Made by a program: the position numbers and the translations under genes
Virus record (IMG/VR): IMGVR_UViG_3300047554_000629
Location: 1 to 64,000 of that record
Length of the DNA stretch: 64,000 nt
Origin: an uncultured virus (IMG/VR IMGVR_UViG_3300047554_000629)
Taxonomy: Duplodnaviria > Heunggongvirae > Uroviricota > Caudoviricetes
Strand: one strand, 5' to 3'
Shown here: positions 8,983 through 18,823 of the stretch, one piece after another
How positions within the stretch are numbered: the first letter of the stretch is position 1
Layout: each line of letters begins with the position of its first letter
The notes under the pieces: model-generated
Databases searched by the model: none
Seen by the model: the letters and a program-made list of their open reading frames with translations, nothing else
What the model was told of the DNA's origin: nothing

Positions 8983-10749
8983 CTGGGAATGGTGGGACTA
9001 ACCGACGTGTACAGGCCAACATAGACCCAGGCGACCAAGGGATTGACTCATGCAAACCGCTTCCCAACAACAACACGCCGATCGCGCCGCTGCCGACAAG
9101 ATGAGGCGGACGGCAAAACGGGCCGCGAACAACGCTCGGTCGGTCGAGATTCAGTGCAGCAAGACTGCCGCGCACGCTGCCGCGCTTCGTGCTCGGAAAG
9201 CAACGGGTCGTTCATGAACCGGATTAGAACAAGGTCAGTCATAATGGTATGACAGCAGAACATTGACATGGGTTCAAGGTGTAACAATGAAACCTATGCA
9301 CCGCAACGTGATGAAGTTCCTGATATCCGATGAGGATGCCGCCGCCGATCCGATCATGGCAACGCCGTGCGAAAAATGCGGATCGGCACGTATTGCGGCC
9401 GAGGCCGCAGCATACGGGCACAAGTGCGAGAACTGCGTCCACAAGAGCCACAAGCACTGCGTCACGCATATACCGCCGAGGGTGAAGTAATGCTCTCACG
9501 CATGTACCGACGCTGGTGGTTCAGGCACTCGTTGGCAACGGCGCGAATGGAACGGGCGATACGCAGAGAGGAAAGCGAGCGGTTCCAGATACGTTGGCGA
9601 ATGACGTTTCCAACATTATCTCATATGGCAAGCTCAATTGATGCACTCGCCACAGCGCTTAGAAACTTTGTAGAAGTAATCCACAATGCATTCCCGTCAG
9701 AGGCAGTACAACAACTGGCAGAAACGCTTGAGCTACAAGCATGGGGTGAAGAATGACCGACCTACTCGCCGAAGTCACGGACCATGCTGTTGAGCCGCCA
9801 CGACCGGACCTGTACGTTGTCGTAGCGTATTATCATCAGCTAGGTGTATGGGAAGTCACGTGCGACTCGTTTACCACACGCGAACAAGCGGAAGAGTACG
9901 CAACCAGGCACCCACGAGCTAAAGCATGGCTCTATCCGAAGATCGTCAGAATACCGGGGGTCGAATGAACTACATCTGCCACAAGTGCAAACTGCCGACG
10001 CCACCGGACGATATTGTCAACGGGCTGTGCAAACATTGTCAGCCGAAGGGTAGACGTTTTCCATCATCAAAGAAAGGATTCTTCAATCATGGGCACCGTA
10101 GGAATAGTTGATGACGAGCCGGAAGACGGATCGAGGCCTCACGGTCTTATGCGAGGGAAGGACATGGTTTCTGAGAATGAAGAAACGCCATTGAATCAAA
10201 AGAGTCTTGATGAAAGCCGAACCCACTCGTCGTGGGAACGGTAAAGACCGCTGCTGTGGTAGGAGTTCCGAAGCAGTGGGCTTTGCTCTCCCGGCTTGGT
10301 GTTGCATCGGCCCTCCTGTGCGACATCAGGCCGGGTTTTTGTTACAATGAGTAGGTGGTTTTGTTTTTCACAAAGGAGTGTATGATGCGATTTGTTCTCT
10401 GCTTGATTGCGTTGATGGCCATTTGCGTATTTGCCAGTGCCAATGACAAATCGACAGTGGCAAAGGCACCGTCTGTTGCTGCTCCGTGCGGCCCAAACGG
10501 ATGTCCGATCCGATCCCGGTCACTGACTCTGCATTTTGAGAGCCAAGGCGCATGGAATTTCGACGGCCATCGCGTGTCTGGGTTCTTCGGGCGAGTCCGT
10601 GCCGTTGCCCAGGCATTTGCGTTCAAGGCTGTTCATTTTGTATCTGCTGTGAAATGCAATGTCGCTGGCATGGTTGTGAATCGGCCACGGCTTGTTCACC
10701 GAGAACGCCACTTTGTTCTTGTCAGGCGTCGATAGACTGTGTTCAACAT

Positions 10750-10780
10750 CAGGGCGGGGAAACCCGCCCGCTTCTTTTGG
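10750..10780 (+). terminator. intrinsic terminator
   Basis: GGGCGGG-GAAA-CCCGCCC then a T-rich tail. Confidence 0.55.
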
Positions 10781-10986
10781 TGGGACATGAAATTCATTTT
10801 GCTACGAAAACGATCTGTGATGACTGACGAAGGATGGAAGGCACTGGGGCAAAACGTCGAGGCCTTAGTGTGGGACAGGGAAATCGACGCACTTGCCTAC
10901 ATGGTCGATATGCCGCTTACAAAAAACAAGAAACGCGGTGTTCTTGGGGCAGTCATATCACCACTCATTACCAAAGGGGATTTGCA

Positions 10987-11193
10987 ATGAAGCCTAATTG
11001 GGAAATGGTCGGAGACGTTGGAGCCTATCACTACTCCAAAGGCGAGCAGGACGGCTACCAGCAAGGGTTGGACAACAGCATGTCGTCTCTTGGGTCTGTG
11101 ATTGGCACTGCCATCGTAGGGGCGTTGTGTGTTGTCGGACTTGCCGCCGTCTCGTCTTGGATCAGCGGCGGATCAGCAGAAGAATTATCGTAG
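10987..11193 (+). CDS. small membrane protein
   Basis: AAGGGG RBS, C-terminal hydrophobic helix. Confidence 0.5.
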   Translation: MKPNWEMVGDVGAYHYSKGEQDGYQQGLDNSMSSLGSVIGTAIVGALCVVGLAAVSSWISGGSAEELS

Positions 11194-11566
11194 CAGCAAA
11201 CGAAACTCCAACCAGCAGGCCGAATAAGATTCGCTGCTGGTTGCCAATTATCTCTCTCATCTTGTCTCTAGTCTCTTCAAGCACTCGACTTGTGAACAGT
11301 TCGCTTCTCATGTCGCTCAAGATCACGTCCATATTCACGTCATCGAACGATGATGCCGGGATGCCGATTCTGTCAAGCTCAGACACGGTTGCATTGTGAA
11401 AGATTTTGCAAGAGATCAGAACAATGTCTGGCCGCTTATCCCTTGCAAACTCTACTGCTTCTGGCCCGTTGTCAAAATAGCCGTCAACATGATGCCCAAG
11501 GTCGATGAGGCTTCTGACAACCTGCGATCTTCGCTTTTCGTCTTTGTCGGCTACGACAACTCTCAT
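11162..11566 (-). CDS. receiver (CheY-like) domain protein with C-terminal TM helix
   Basis: MRVVVADKD...NGPEAVE...KRPDIVLIS; the usual phosphoacceptor Asp appears replaced. Confidence 0.55.
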   Translation of the reverse strand: MRVVVADKDEKRRSQVVRSLIDLGHHVDGYFDNGPEAVEFARDKRPDIVLISCKIFHNATVSELDRIGIPASSFDDVNMDVILSDMRSELFTSRVLEETRDKMREIIGNQQRILFGLLVGVSFAATIILLLIRR

Positions 11567-12425
11567 CGGAGCCTCGCTAGTTTTGGCTTATCTGAATCGT
11601 CATCGATCTTTTTTTTGAATGGCATGTAGCCGTTAGTGATTTTCGTTTTTTTTCTAGGCTTCGACAATTCAGATATGATCTCAAACACCATGAGGATTGA
11701 GGCCATGATGGTGAATGAGACAAGAAAAAGCCTTATTGCAACCAAGGCGAATTCCAAGTTCATGGGGTCTCCTTACTTTGTCACGCCGTTCTTCTCAGCG
11801 GCAAGCGAAGAGCCCCATGACCGCTCTCTCTTGGCCCGGACTTCACACAGAAGCGACTGTGCTCTTTCGTTGAGCTCGAAAGACCTCTTCTTGATTTCAG
11901 AAGCCTCACGAACCCACTTCCTGAACTTGAAGGCGGCAAAAGCGCCAAAGATAATCACTAAAGCCGTGATAAAGCTAAGAATCTGGTCAACTGTTGTTAC
12001 GGCCAGCATCTTTGATCGCCTTCCAATAAGAATGTATGTCGGTCAACTGAAGACGGATTTGGACCATTTCTTCAGATAGCTTTGATCCAAGCTGTTCAGT
12101 TCCATCGGCTGTTTCTTTATGCGCTTTTGCCAGCGCATCAATCGCACTTGTGTTATTAGCCTCTTTTTCCTTGAAGTGCTTCAAAAGCATCCAGTTGGCA
12201 GCAAGTGCGCCGAGGATCACAGCACCTGCTACACCGGCGTTTGCTATTTTGGCAACAATGCCGATCATTGTTTCGTCCATCGCTACTCGCATGGCGTTTG
12301 TGCAGGTTCGTACAGGTAACTCCCAGGCGCAGACGGTATTGCGCACATTTTCCCAACTGGGCAGGCGTGAGGATGCGCAGGGTCTTCGGACCATTGCTCT
12401 CCATCCCAGAACCAATGGCAGCTGT

Positions 12426-12905
12426 TCACTTCTTCTCCTTTAGCCTTTTGACATGGACGGTGCAAGCAACGTCTCCTCCGCGATGGCCAGAAACAAACTC
12501 TCCCATAGCACCGTCAATGTCCCCGCGTTTCTTGAGGATCAGGCCACGGATCAAATGAGCCCGATTCCGTGCCTCTCGGCTTCCATTCAGACTCTTTTGA
12601 GTGTAGTAGAAAGCGCCATCGTCGTCGCCAAGATACATGCAGCACTCGGCAGAGTCCAAATCGAGATTGTTCGCCTTAAAGATTCTCAAGGCTTCGTGAT
12701 ACTCACGATTGGACATATGCAAGTTGGCACGGGCAACTTCAGACATTTCGACCTTTGACATTTTGCTAACCAGTGGAAGGACTGCGACAAACGATAAAAG
12801 GCCAGCAGCCACGATGGCAACCGGCCTCTGCCTCAACGCAATGCCGAGCAAGACGGCGGCAAGTGCGATTCCTGCAATGATGATGGCGTGCTGCACGTTA
12901 AACAC
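12426..12905 (-). CDS. membrane-anchored TPR-like protein
   Basis: Two N-terminal TM helices; AHLIRGLILKKRGDIDGAMGEF. Confidence 0.6.
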   Translation of the reverse strand: MFNVQHAIIIAGIALAAVLLGIALRQRPVAIVAAGLLSFVAVLPLVSKMSKVEMSEVARANLHMSNREYHEALRIFKANNLDLDSAECCMYLGDDDGAFYYTQKSLNGSREARNRAHLIRGLILKKRGDIDGAMGEFVSGHRGGDVACTVHVKRLKEKK

Positions 12906-13035
12906 TCGCCTCGATTGATCGAGTCAACATCAGACATAGGTCTCTTGCATGTCTTGCACTTCGGCTTGTGAACGCAATCACAAGGCCAAGTTCTGAAACA
13001 GTACAAGCATACCGTAGGCGACGGGTCATTCATAA

Positions 13036-13107
13036 TCGCAGAGATGGGAATCGAACCCATTACCTGCTGGTTATGAGCCAGCCGAGATGCCAATTCTCTA
13101 CTCTGCT
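13036..13107 (-). tRNA. tRNA with CAT anticodon (Met/fMet-like)
   Basis: Cloverleaf AGCAGAG-TA-GAGA AATTGGCA-type D arm, GCTGG CTCATAA CCAGC anticodon arm, ATGGG TTCGATT CCCAT T arm, CTCTGCG-A; 1:72 mismatch; no encoded CCA. Confidence 0.9.
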
Positions 13108-13227
13108 ACAGGCTTCAGGCTGCTGCCTTCTTTTGTACTGCTCAACAGCCACACGTCGGCGGTTCAAGACGACGGAAGCCTACCATTTATAGGGAGAAGA
13201 AACCGGATTACTCTAAGAGAGGTAGGA

Positions 13228-13575
13228 CTAAGACTTGAATGGCCCAACGTGCGGATAGCTTGGCTTAACGTGATCGTTCATGAACTTGCCTTTGCTGCTT
13301 GCTGCCAGCATTTTCTTGTACACTTCAAACGGAGCCGATGGATACCAGTAAATCGACTGGTTTCCAGTGGCCTTCCCGTCTTTCCCTTTGGAAACGAACC
13401 AAACTCCAAGCCCGTGCTTGGTCTTGTCTTCTTCTTCGGACTTCCAGCAAATGTAGCCGACGTTTGAAGACGACACCGGCGTCCAGTTCGACGCCTGCTG
13501 AATCTCTTGCGCCTTGAACTTGGTGATCGGCTTGTCGCGGACCAATCTGCCGTTGCGAAAGAACGGTCTGGCCAT
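13228..13575 (-). CDS. KTSC-domain protein
   Basis: VSSSNVGYI...YWYPSAPFEVYKKMLAASSKGKFMNDHVK. Confidence 0.7.
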   Translation of the reverse strand: MARPFFRNGRLVRDKPITKFKAQEIQQASNWTPVSSSNVGYICWKSEEEDKTKHGLGVWFVSKGKDGKATGNQSIYWYPSAPFEVYKKMLAASSKGKFMNDHVKPSYPHVGPFKS

Positions 13576-13871
13576 TAACGAACACTCCTGACGTAGAACG
13601 AATAATCGCCGTAGGTGACGGTCGTTGAGCCGTCTGTCACCTTCCAGTATCGACGCCAAGTGCCGGATGTGTCAAGGTCGCTGGCCGAGGTCGTGAATCC
13701 CCAAATGTAAGTCGAAATACTGGTTGCTGTTTTGGGAATCACAGTCCCGTCTGGCTTGACGAGATACAGAGTGGCCGCAGTCAGAACCCAAGCGACTCCG
13801 CCTTTGGTAGTGTTCACGGCCCGAAATCTCTTGATGTCGCCAGTGAAGTAAACTCTGGTGTCTTGGATCAT
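13575..13871 (-). CDS. virion-associated beta-rich protein, possibly frameshifted at its 5' end (~14038)
   Basis: LVKPDGT...DLDTSGTW; frame stays open upstream through WGSSWGSSWG. Confidence 0.55.
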   Translation of the reverse strand: MIQDTRVYFTGDIKRFRAVNTTKGGVAWVLTAATLYLVKPDGTVIPKTATSISTYIWGFTTSASDLDTSGTWRRYWKVTDGSTTVTYGDYSFYVRSVR

Positions 13872-14040
13872 TCTCGCACTCGATTCCGTGTCGCCGACAT
13901 TGAACGTGTCGTCGATGTCGTAGTCAAAGTCGAACGTGTCGTCAATGACTGGAATATTATCCGCCTCTTCGATGTCCCACGAAGAGCCCCAACTGCTGCC
14001 CCAAGAACTTCCCCATGTTGACGGAATGACCGAACTCCAT

Positions 14041-14063
14041 AATAGGCGCGAATTGCGACGATT
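14041..14063. repeat. 23-bp palindrome family, copy 2 (degenerate)
   Basis: AATAGGCGCGAATTGCGACGATT. Confidence 0.75.
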
Positions 14064-14081
14064 ATCTTATTATACCTTGTA

Positions 14082-16841
14082 TTACGGCCCCCACGTACTG
14101 CCTGACTGGCCGTTTCCGGTGATCAAAACGTCGTTGACCCTCTGGACGTTACAATCGAGATTTGCAGCCACAGTGAACGTCAGGCTATCAGTCTTGGCCT
14201 TGATTGCCACGATGCTCGCATTGGCCGTCAAAGCGTCGTCGCACTCACTCTGGACCTCTGTGTCCCAGTTCGTGTTCCAAGCTATCGAGTTGGATGTCAC
14301 GGTCATGGTATTGACCTGGAATGTGGCCGCTGTTCCGCCATGCGTCACATTGGCCAAGTAAACGCTCAGGTTGCCACTGGACAGCGTGTTTGGCGTCGTC
14401 CCTAGCCATGAGCCCAAATCGACGCGATTGAACGGCAGGACGGCAAATGTGCTCGACGAATCGGGGTTTGTGGCCCAGTTCGGCTCAACCGTCGCAACCT
14501 TGGTCGATCCAACGTAGTCGCTGACCCTTCGGCACTGTCCAACGCCGGTCCCGCCAGTGATGTAGACCCAGCAGTCGTTGTAGAAGTCATCGACCGCACT
14601 TGCCGACGCATCCAGGGTGATGTTCCCTGCTGCCCCGGTTTGTGCCGTGCTGCTTCGGATCGTTTGCATTCCGGTGTCGGCTGCAAACGTGGCCCGATCA
14701 ATGGCCCCGTCTGCGATAGAAGACGCTGTGATGACGCCGGTTCCAAGCGAGCCAATGTACGAGTCCATTCGGCCAGACACAAGAGAGGCAGGCAACCGGC
14801 TCTGAATGTCCTGAGTATCGGTCTCGATGTCGGTCTGCTTGTCCCTTACGGCCTCCAAGCTGTCTGTGGTGTTGTCGTAGCTTGAGTACGCCGGAGTTGC
14901 AGACTTGCTGTGCAACTTGGCCCACAGAGACGAATTGGCCACGATAGAGCCAGGATCAGCCACTTGAACCAAGTGGTCAAGTTGATTGACCTCGATGGCG
15001 TCCTGAACTTCGGACTGAACTTCGGCGTCCCACGATGCGTTCCACGGCACAGTCGTGAGGGCCGCGCCAGTCGTGCCGATGTTGTCCCGATTGGCCTCAA
15101 GGGAATCCGTAGTGTTGACGTAACTGCTCCAATCGGCGGTTGCACTCTTGGACGCCAACTTAGCAATGATCGAGTTGTCAACTACATCGTCTGCATCGGC
15201 CACGGCAACTAGATGGTCGAGCTTTTGGGCCACAAGAGCATCATTCACTTCGGACTCGACTTCTGCCTTGGCCGAAGTGGTAAATCCGCCGATTGTGCCA
15301 GACAGATTGCCGGTGATGTTTCCGGTGATTGATCCGGTTATATCTCCACGGATAGGAACCCCCCCAGTTCCTGCAACAGCCTTGATACCGTCGCACGTTC
15401 CTGATGTTCCGCCAGTTGCAAGAAGACCGTGCTTGCTTGAGCCAGCAGATATAAGGTTAAGCCCATTACCAGACGTAGTTGCCTCGCATTTCAAAGCATC
15501 ATTACTTGTGCTCAGTACATATATCCCTGTCCCTGTCCCATTTATCCCGCTTTGGAACAATGCCCCATATGTACCTGATCCAGAACCACTGCCACCAGAT
15601 ACTGATAATCCAGACCCATTATCCGATCCAACTATTCTAATTCCATCAGAAGCTCCTGTTCCAGCAGAGCCTATATCTAAGCCAACAGAACTGGCCCCAG
15701 ACCCGCTTGTGATTCTAAATCCACATCCTGATCCGTTGCCCGTAGACAACATTCCATGACCGTTACCTCCACTGCTCGAACACGTAAACCCTGTCCCACT
15801 CGCATTCGTATACGTTGCCCCGCCACTAACCGTGAATGCACCAGTGATCGTCAGAGAATGCAGCGTGGCCAATCCGCTCGACAGAATGTTGTTGAAGTCC
15901 AATCCGGCCTCGCCGGTTGCTGCCACATCCAGCGTCCTGTTCATGACGGTCGGCTTCAAGGCGCGATCGGCGATGATCGTCACAATGTCCGTTGTGGCCA
16001 TCGTGAACACTGCCGGATCAGTGCGAAGCGTGATGGTCTTGGTTGAGCCGGTGTAGTCGTCAACAACGCCCACAGCCTTCTGCGCGGCCGTGCTCGCATC
16101 CTCAATCACGATGATGCAGTCGTTGTACGCATCATTGTCCGATGAGCCTGCTGTGAGAGTAAACGAAGTCTGGCTTGCCAAGGTTGCAATCGTCGTGCGC
16201 TGCAACACTTGGCCGTACCCTGTGCCGTCGTATTGCTTCTCAAGATTATCAGCCGCCGCTGTGTCGCCTGAGATAGCAGTGGCATCAGAATCCATCTTGC
16301 CACTGACCAGAGCGGCTGGCAATCTGGATTGAATATCTTGGGTATCAGTCTCAACATCAGTCGCAGTCTTGACTGTGGTTCCGCTCAGAGTAACCGTCGT
16401 TGACGGGCTTCCAACATTTGCCCAATCAACACCCGCTTCGCCTCCAGACGAAACATCCAGTTTTCGGCCAGCAGTCGTTGGTCTCAGAAGATTTCCAAGC
16501 ACCAGATAGTAAGTAAATCGGACAGTTTGGCTGTCCACGGTGATCGCGTTGATGTTCACCCAATACTGAGAGCCATCGGCCCAAAAACTGGCATCCGAGT
16601 TGTCCGAAGTGTCGATGCTGAATCCGTGAAGACCAGTCGTGGCATCAAAGTCAATGCCGTCTGTGTCTAGGAGCGTATATCCGTTGTCGCTGGCTCTCTG
16701 TGTCGTTGAGCCGTTTTTGTATACTTCAATGTCGGTGACTGCCAAGCCGGTGATCGTGACCGACCCACCGGAGCTGTCATATGTGTCAAACGGGAAATAG
16801 ATCGTGTCGCCTGAGTTGAAACAGGCTGGCATGACAAACAT
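14082..16841 (-). CDS. large tail fibre or virion structural protein
   Basis: 919 aa, G/S/T-rich; duplicated ETDTQDIQSRLP and DY.GSTK modules. Confidence 0.7.
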   Translation of the reverse strand: MFVMPACFNSGDTIYFPFDTYDSSGGSVTITGLAVTDIEVYKNGSTTQRASDNGYTLLDTDGIDFDATTGLHGFSIDTSDNSDASFWADGSQYWVNINAITVDSQTVRFTYYLVLGNLLRPTTAGRKLDVSSGGEAGVDWANVGSPSTTVTLSGTTVKTATDVETDTQDIQSRLPAALVSGKMDSDATAISGDTAAADNLEKQYDGTGYGQVLQRTTIATLASQTSFTLTAGSSDNDAYNDCIIVIEDASTAAQKAVGVVDDYTGSTKTITLRTDPAVFTMATTDIVTIIADRALKPTVMNRTLDVAATGEAGLDFNNILSSGLATLHSLTITGAFTVSGGATYTNASGTGFTCSSSGGNGHGMLSTGNGSGCGFRITSGSGASSVGLDIGSAGTGASDGIRIVGSDNGSGLSVSGGSGSGSGTYGALFQSGINGTGTGIYVLSTSNDALKCEATTSGNGLNLISAGSSKHGLLATGGTSGTCDGIKAVAGTGGVPIRGDITGSITGNITGNLSGTIGGFTTSAKAEVESEVNDALVAQKLDHLVAVADADDVVDNSIIAKLASKSATADWSSYVNTTDSLEANRDNIGTTGAALTTVPWNASWDAEVQSEVQDAIEVNQLDHLVQVADPGSIVANSSLWAKLHSKSATPAYSSYDNTTDSLEAVRDKQTDIETDTQDIQSRLPASLVSGRMDSYIGSLGTGVITASSIADGAIDRATFAADTGMQTIRSSTAQTGAAGNITLDASASAVDDFYNDCWVYITGGTGVGQCRRVSDYVGSTKVATVEPNWATNPDSSSTFAVLPFNRVDLGSWLGTTPNTLSSGNLSVYLANVTHGGTAATFQVNTMTVTSNSIAWNTNWDTEVQSECDDALTANASIVAIKAKTDSLTFTVAANLDCNVQRVNDVLITGNGQSGSTWGP

Positions 16842-17051
16842 CTTTCATGCTCCTACTTCTGAAGCTCGGCAATCAACTTGCCTTGCTCGTAAAGTTTCTC
16901 ATCACGCATCTTGGCATCTTGTCGAGCCTGAAGGTATCTGGCCGCAAGATCATCACGATCCACAGATTTCAGAAGCTCAAGGTTCTTAGACTTGTTAGCT
17001 TTCAGTTCCGCAAACGTCTGATTCTCGATTTCGCCCCAGTTCATGTCTGCC

Positions 17052-17597
17052 TCACAGTTTTCCAGAGAGTTTGCCAGCAAGTTTTCCAAGCAACTTTGGG
17101 ACTCCGCCAGCCGTGTAGTACACCGTCATCTGAACGTAATCCACTTTGGCCAGAAACGCCATCGAGTCGTAAAACGCCCCGTATCCGACCTTGACTCCGT
17201 TGATCGTCGCGCCAGCCGGTATCGCGCTGAAGTCAAAGTTCGTTGCCTTCAGATACTCAGAGGCATTCAGAGCGCCGTCCCAAACGGCCAAGACACACCC
17301 GAAATCGCTTGACTTCACCTGTGCCGCAGTCGGCGTCAATCCCCAAAGAACCGCTGCTCCACCGTAATCAAGCAACGTCTCGCTTCCAGGAAGAGTTGCC
17401 GCATTGTCGGCCACTCTGTTGTCGCCAGAAACAGACCCGCCAACAACCAGCTTAACCACTTCCACGTCCGTAAGCAGAGACACCGTGGCATAGGTGTCGT
17501 TGTTCGACGCCGCATTTGAAGCATCAGTCCACGCCGCAGAGCCGTGGCTGTTGTCGCTCGCAAGAGTTCCAGGTGCTACTGCTCCGGTGTCGGCCAT
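17052..17597 (-). CDS. tail-associated protein
   Basis: YLKATNFDFSAIPAGATINGV motif; position in tail operon. Confidence 0.6.
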   Translation of the reverse strand: MADTGAVAPGTLASDNSHGSAAWTDASNAASNNDTYATVSLLTDVEVVKLVVGGSVSGDNRVADNAATLPGSETLLDYGGAAVLWGLTPTAAQVKSSDFGCVLAVWDGALNASEYLKATNFDFSAIPAGATINGVKVGYGAFYDSMAFLAKVDYVQMTVYYTAGGVPKLLGKLAGKLSGKL

Positions 17598-17640
17598 ACT
17601 ACTTATAGGGTCGATGCCGGATTTTTACGTCAGAACGGTA

Positions 17641-18822
17641 CTACGGTATGATCCGATACTTGATCCACGATCCGGCCATCACCCTAACAGCTGTTCCGCT
17701 TGTCTCACTCGCCAACTGAATCCGCGTCAATCCGCTCGGTGACGCCCCGGCAATCACCGTCGCCATCACCGCAACCGGCCAACTCTGCGTCGTATTAGGA
17801 ATCCCGCCGACTGCTGCCAGCAGAGATGCTGCAATGTTCCCGCGCGTTGTCAATTGCGATGTCGCAGTCTGAGCCGTGTCAATCGTCGCAACGCCGTCAG
17901 ATAAGCCCGTTGACCATGCGAGCCCCACTCGCGGATTCACTGTCGCCGTTGCCGTGCGAATCATAAGCGTGCCTTCGACTTCGTACCGCGAGTTCGCGGC
18001 AGGCGTGAACCCAAGGGCCGCACCGCCAGGGGCGACAAGCACATCACCTGCCGCCGTTGCCGTAGTCGAGTGGTCGGACGTGACTCGCACATACGTCCAC
18101 GGGTCGGAACCCGCCGCTGGAAGCTGAGCAGACGGAACCTTGCCGTCTGCGCCGAGGCTTGCGTATCCGTTGGCCGCACCCTTCTGCGACGTTTCTTGCT
18201 TTGCTGAAAGAGCCGTCACAAGGCCGGTTACATCAGATTGAGCATGAGAGTGGGACGAGGACGCTTTGCCGTCAAGTGACGTTTGCAATCCGGTCACATC
18301 GCCAATGGCGTGCCCATGAGCCGTAGGAGTCCTGGCGTCCGAAAGCCTTGAGTCATTATCGACAACTGCTGTTCCAGTGATGTCGCTTGGGGAATGAGCA
18401 TGGGCGGTTGGGGGGCGTGCGTCTGAAAGCCTTGAATCATTCTCAACTACCGCAGTCCCAGTGATTTCACTTGGAGGATGGGTGTGTGATGAAGGATTGA
18501 ATGATGAAGGGACTCCAGCAAGACTGGAATACTGCCCATCGAATGCTTGACCGGCACTGGACGCAGCCCCAATTGCATTCCTCGCAGCCTCAAGACATGC
18601 ACTCTGCTCTGATGTTGCAGCCGATGCAAGACCAGACCTCCAAGCAACTGCTCCCGAAGTGTCATCCCATGATGTCCCGTTCCAGTGTTTCAGGTATGTA
18701 TTCACCGGGTCATATGACGGCAGCGTTATCCACTCTGCGCCAGAGAACAACTCTGGATGAGACGTTTTCACAATCTCAACACAGATGTCCGACCCGTCAA
18801 GTCTTGCTTTGACAACTGGCAT
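17641..18822 (-). CDS. tail fibre protein
   Basis: Repeated HxH..SDITG / DSRLSDAR units; KGAANGYASLGADGKVP. Confidence 0.75.
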   Translation of the reverse strand: MPVVKARLDGSDICVEIVKTSHPELFSGAEWITLPSYDPVNTYLKHWNGTSWDDTSGAVAWRSGLASAATSEQSACLEAARNAIGAASSAGQAFDGQYSSLAGVPSSFNPSSHTHPPSEITGTAVVENDSRLSDARPPTAHAHSPSDITGTAVVDNDSRLSDARTPTAHGHAIGDVTGLQTSLDGKASSSHSHAQSDVTGLVTALSAKQETSQKGAANGYASLGADGKVPSAQLPAAGSDPWTYVRVTSDHSTTATAAGDVLVAPGGAALGFTPAANSRYEVEGTLMIRTATATVNPRVGLAWSTGLSDGVATIDTAQTATSQLTTRGNIAASLLAAVGGIPNTTQSWPVAVMATVIAGASPSGLTRIQLASETSGTAVRVMAGSWIKYRIIP

Positions 18823-18823
18823 G

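Noticed and set aside
1142..14040. Genome-wide stop-codon reassignment
   Set aside because: Lesions are of mixed type (TAG, TAA, indels) and all three stops end long genes normally.
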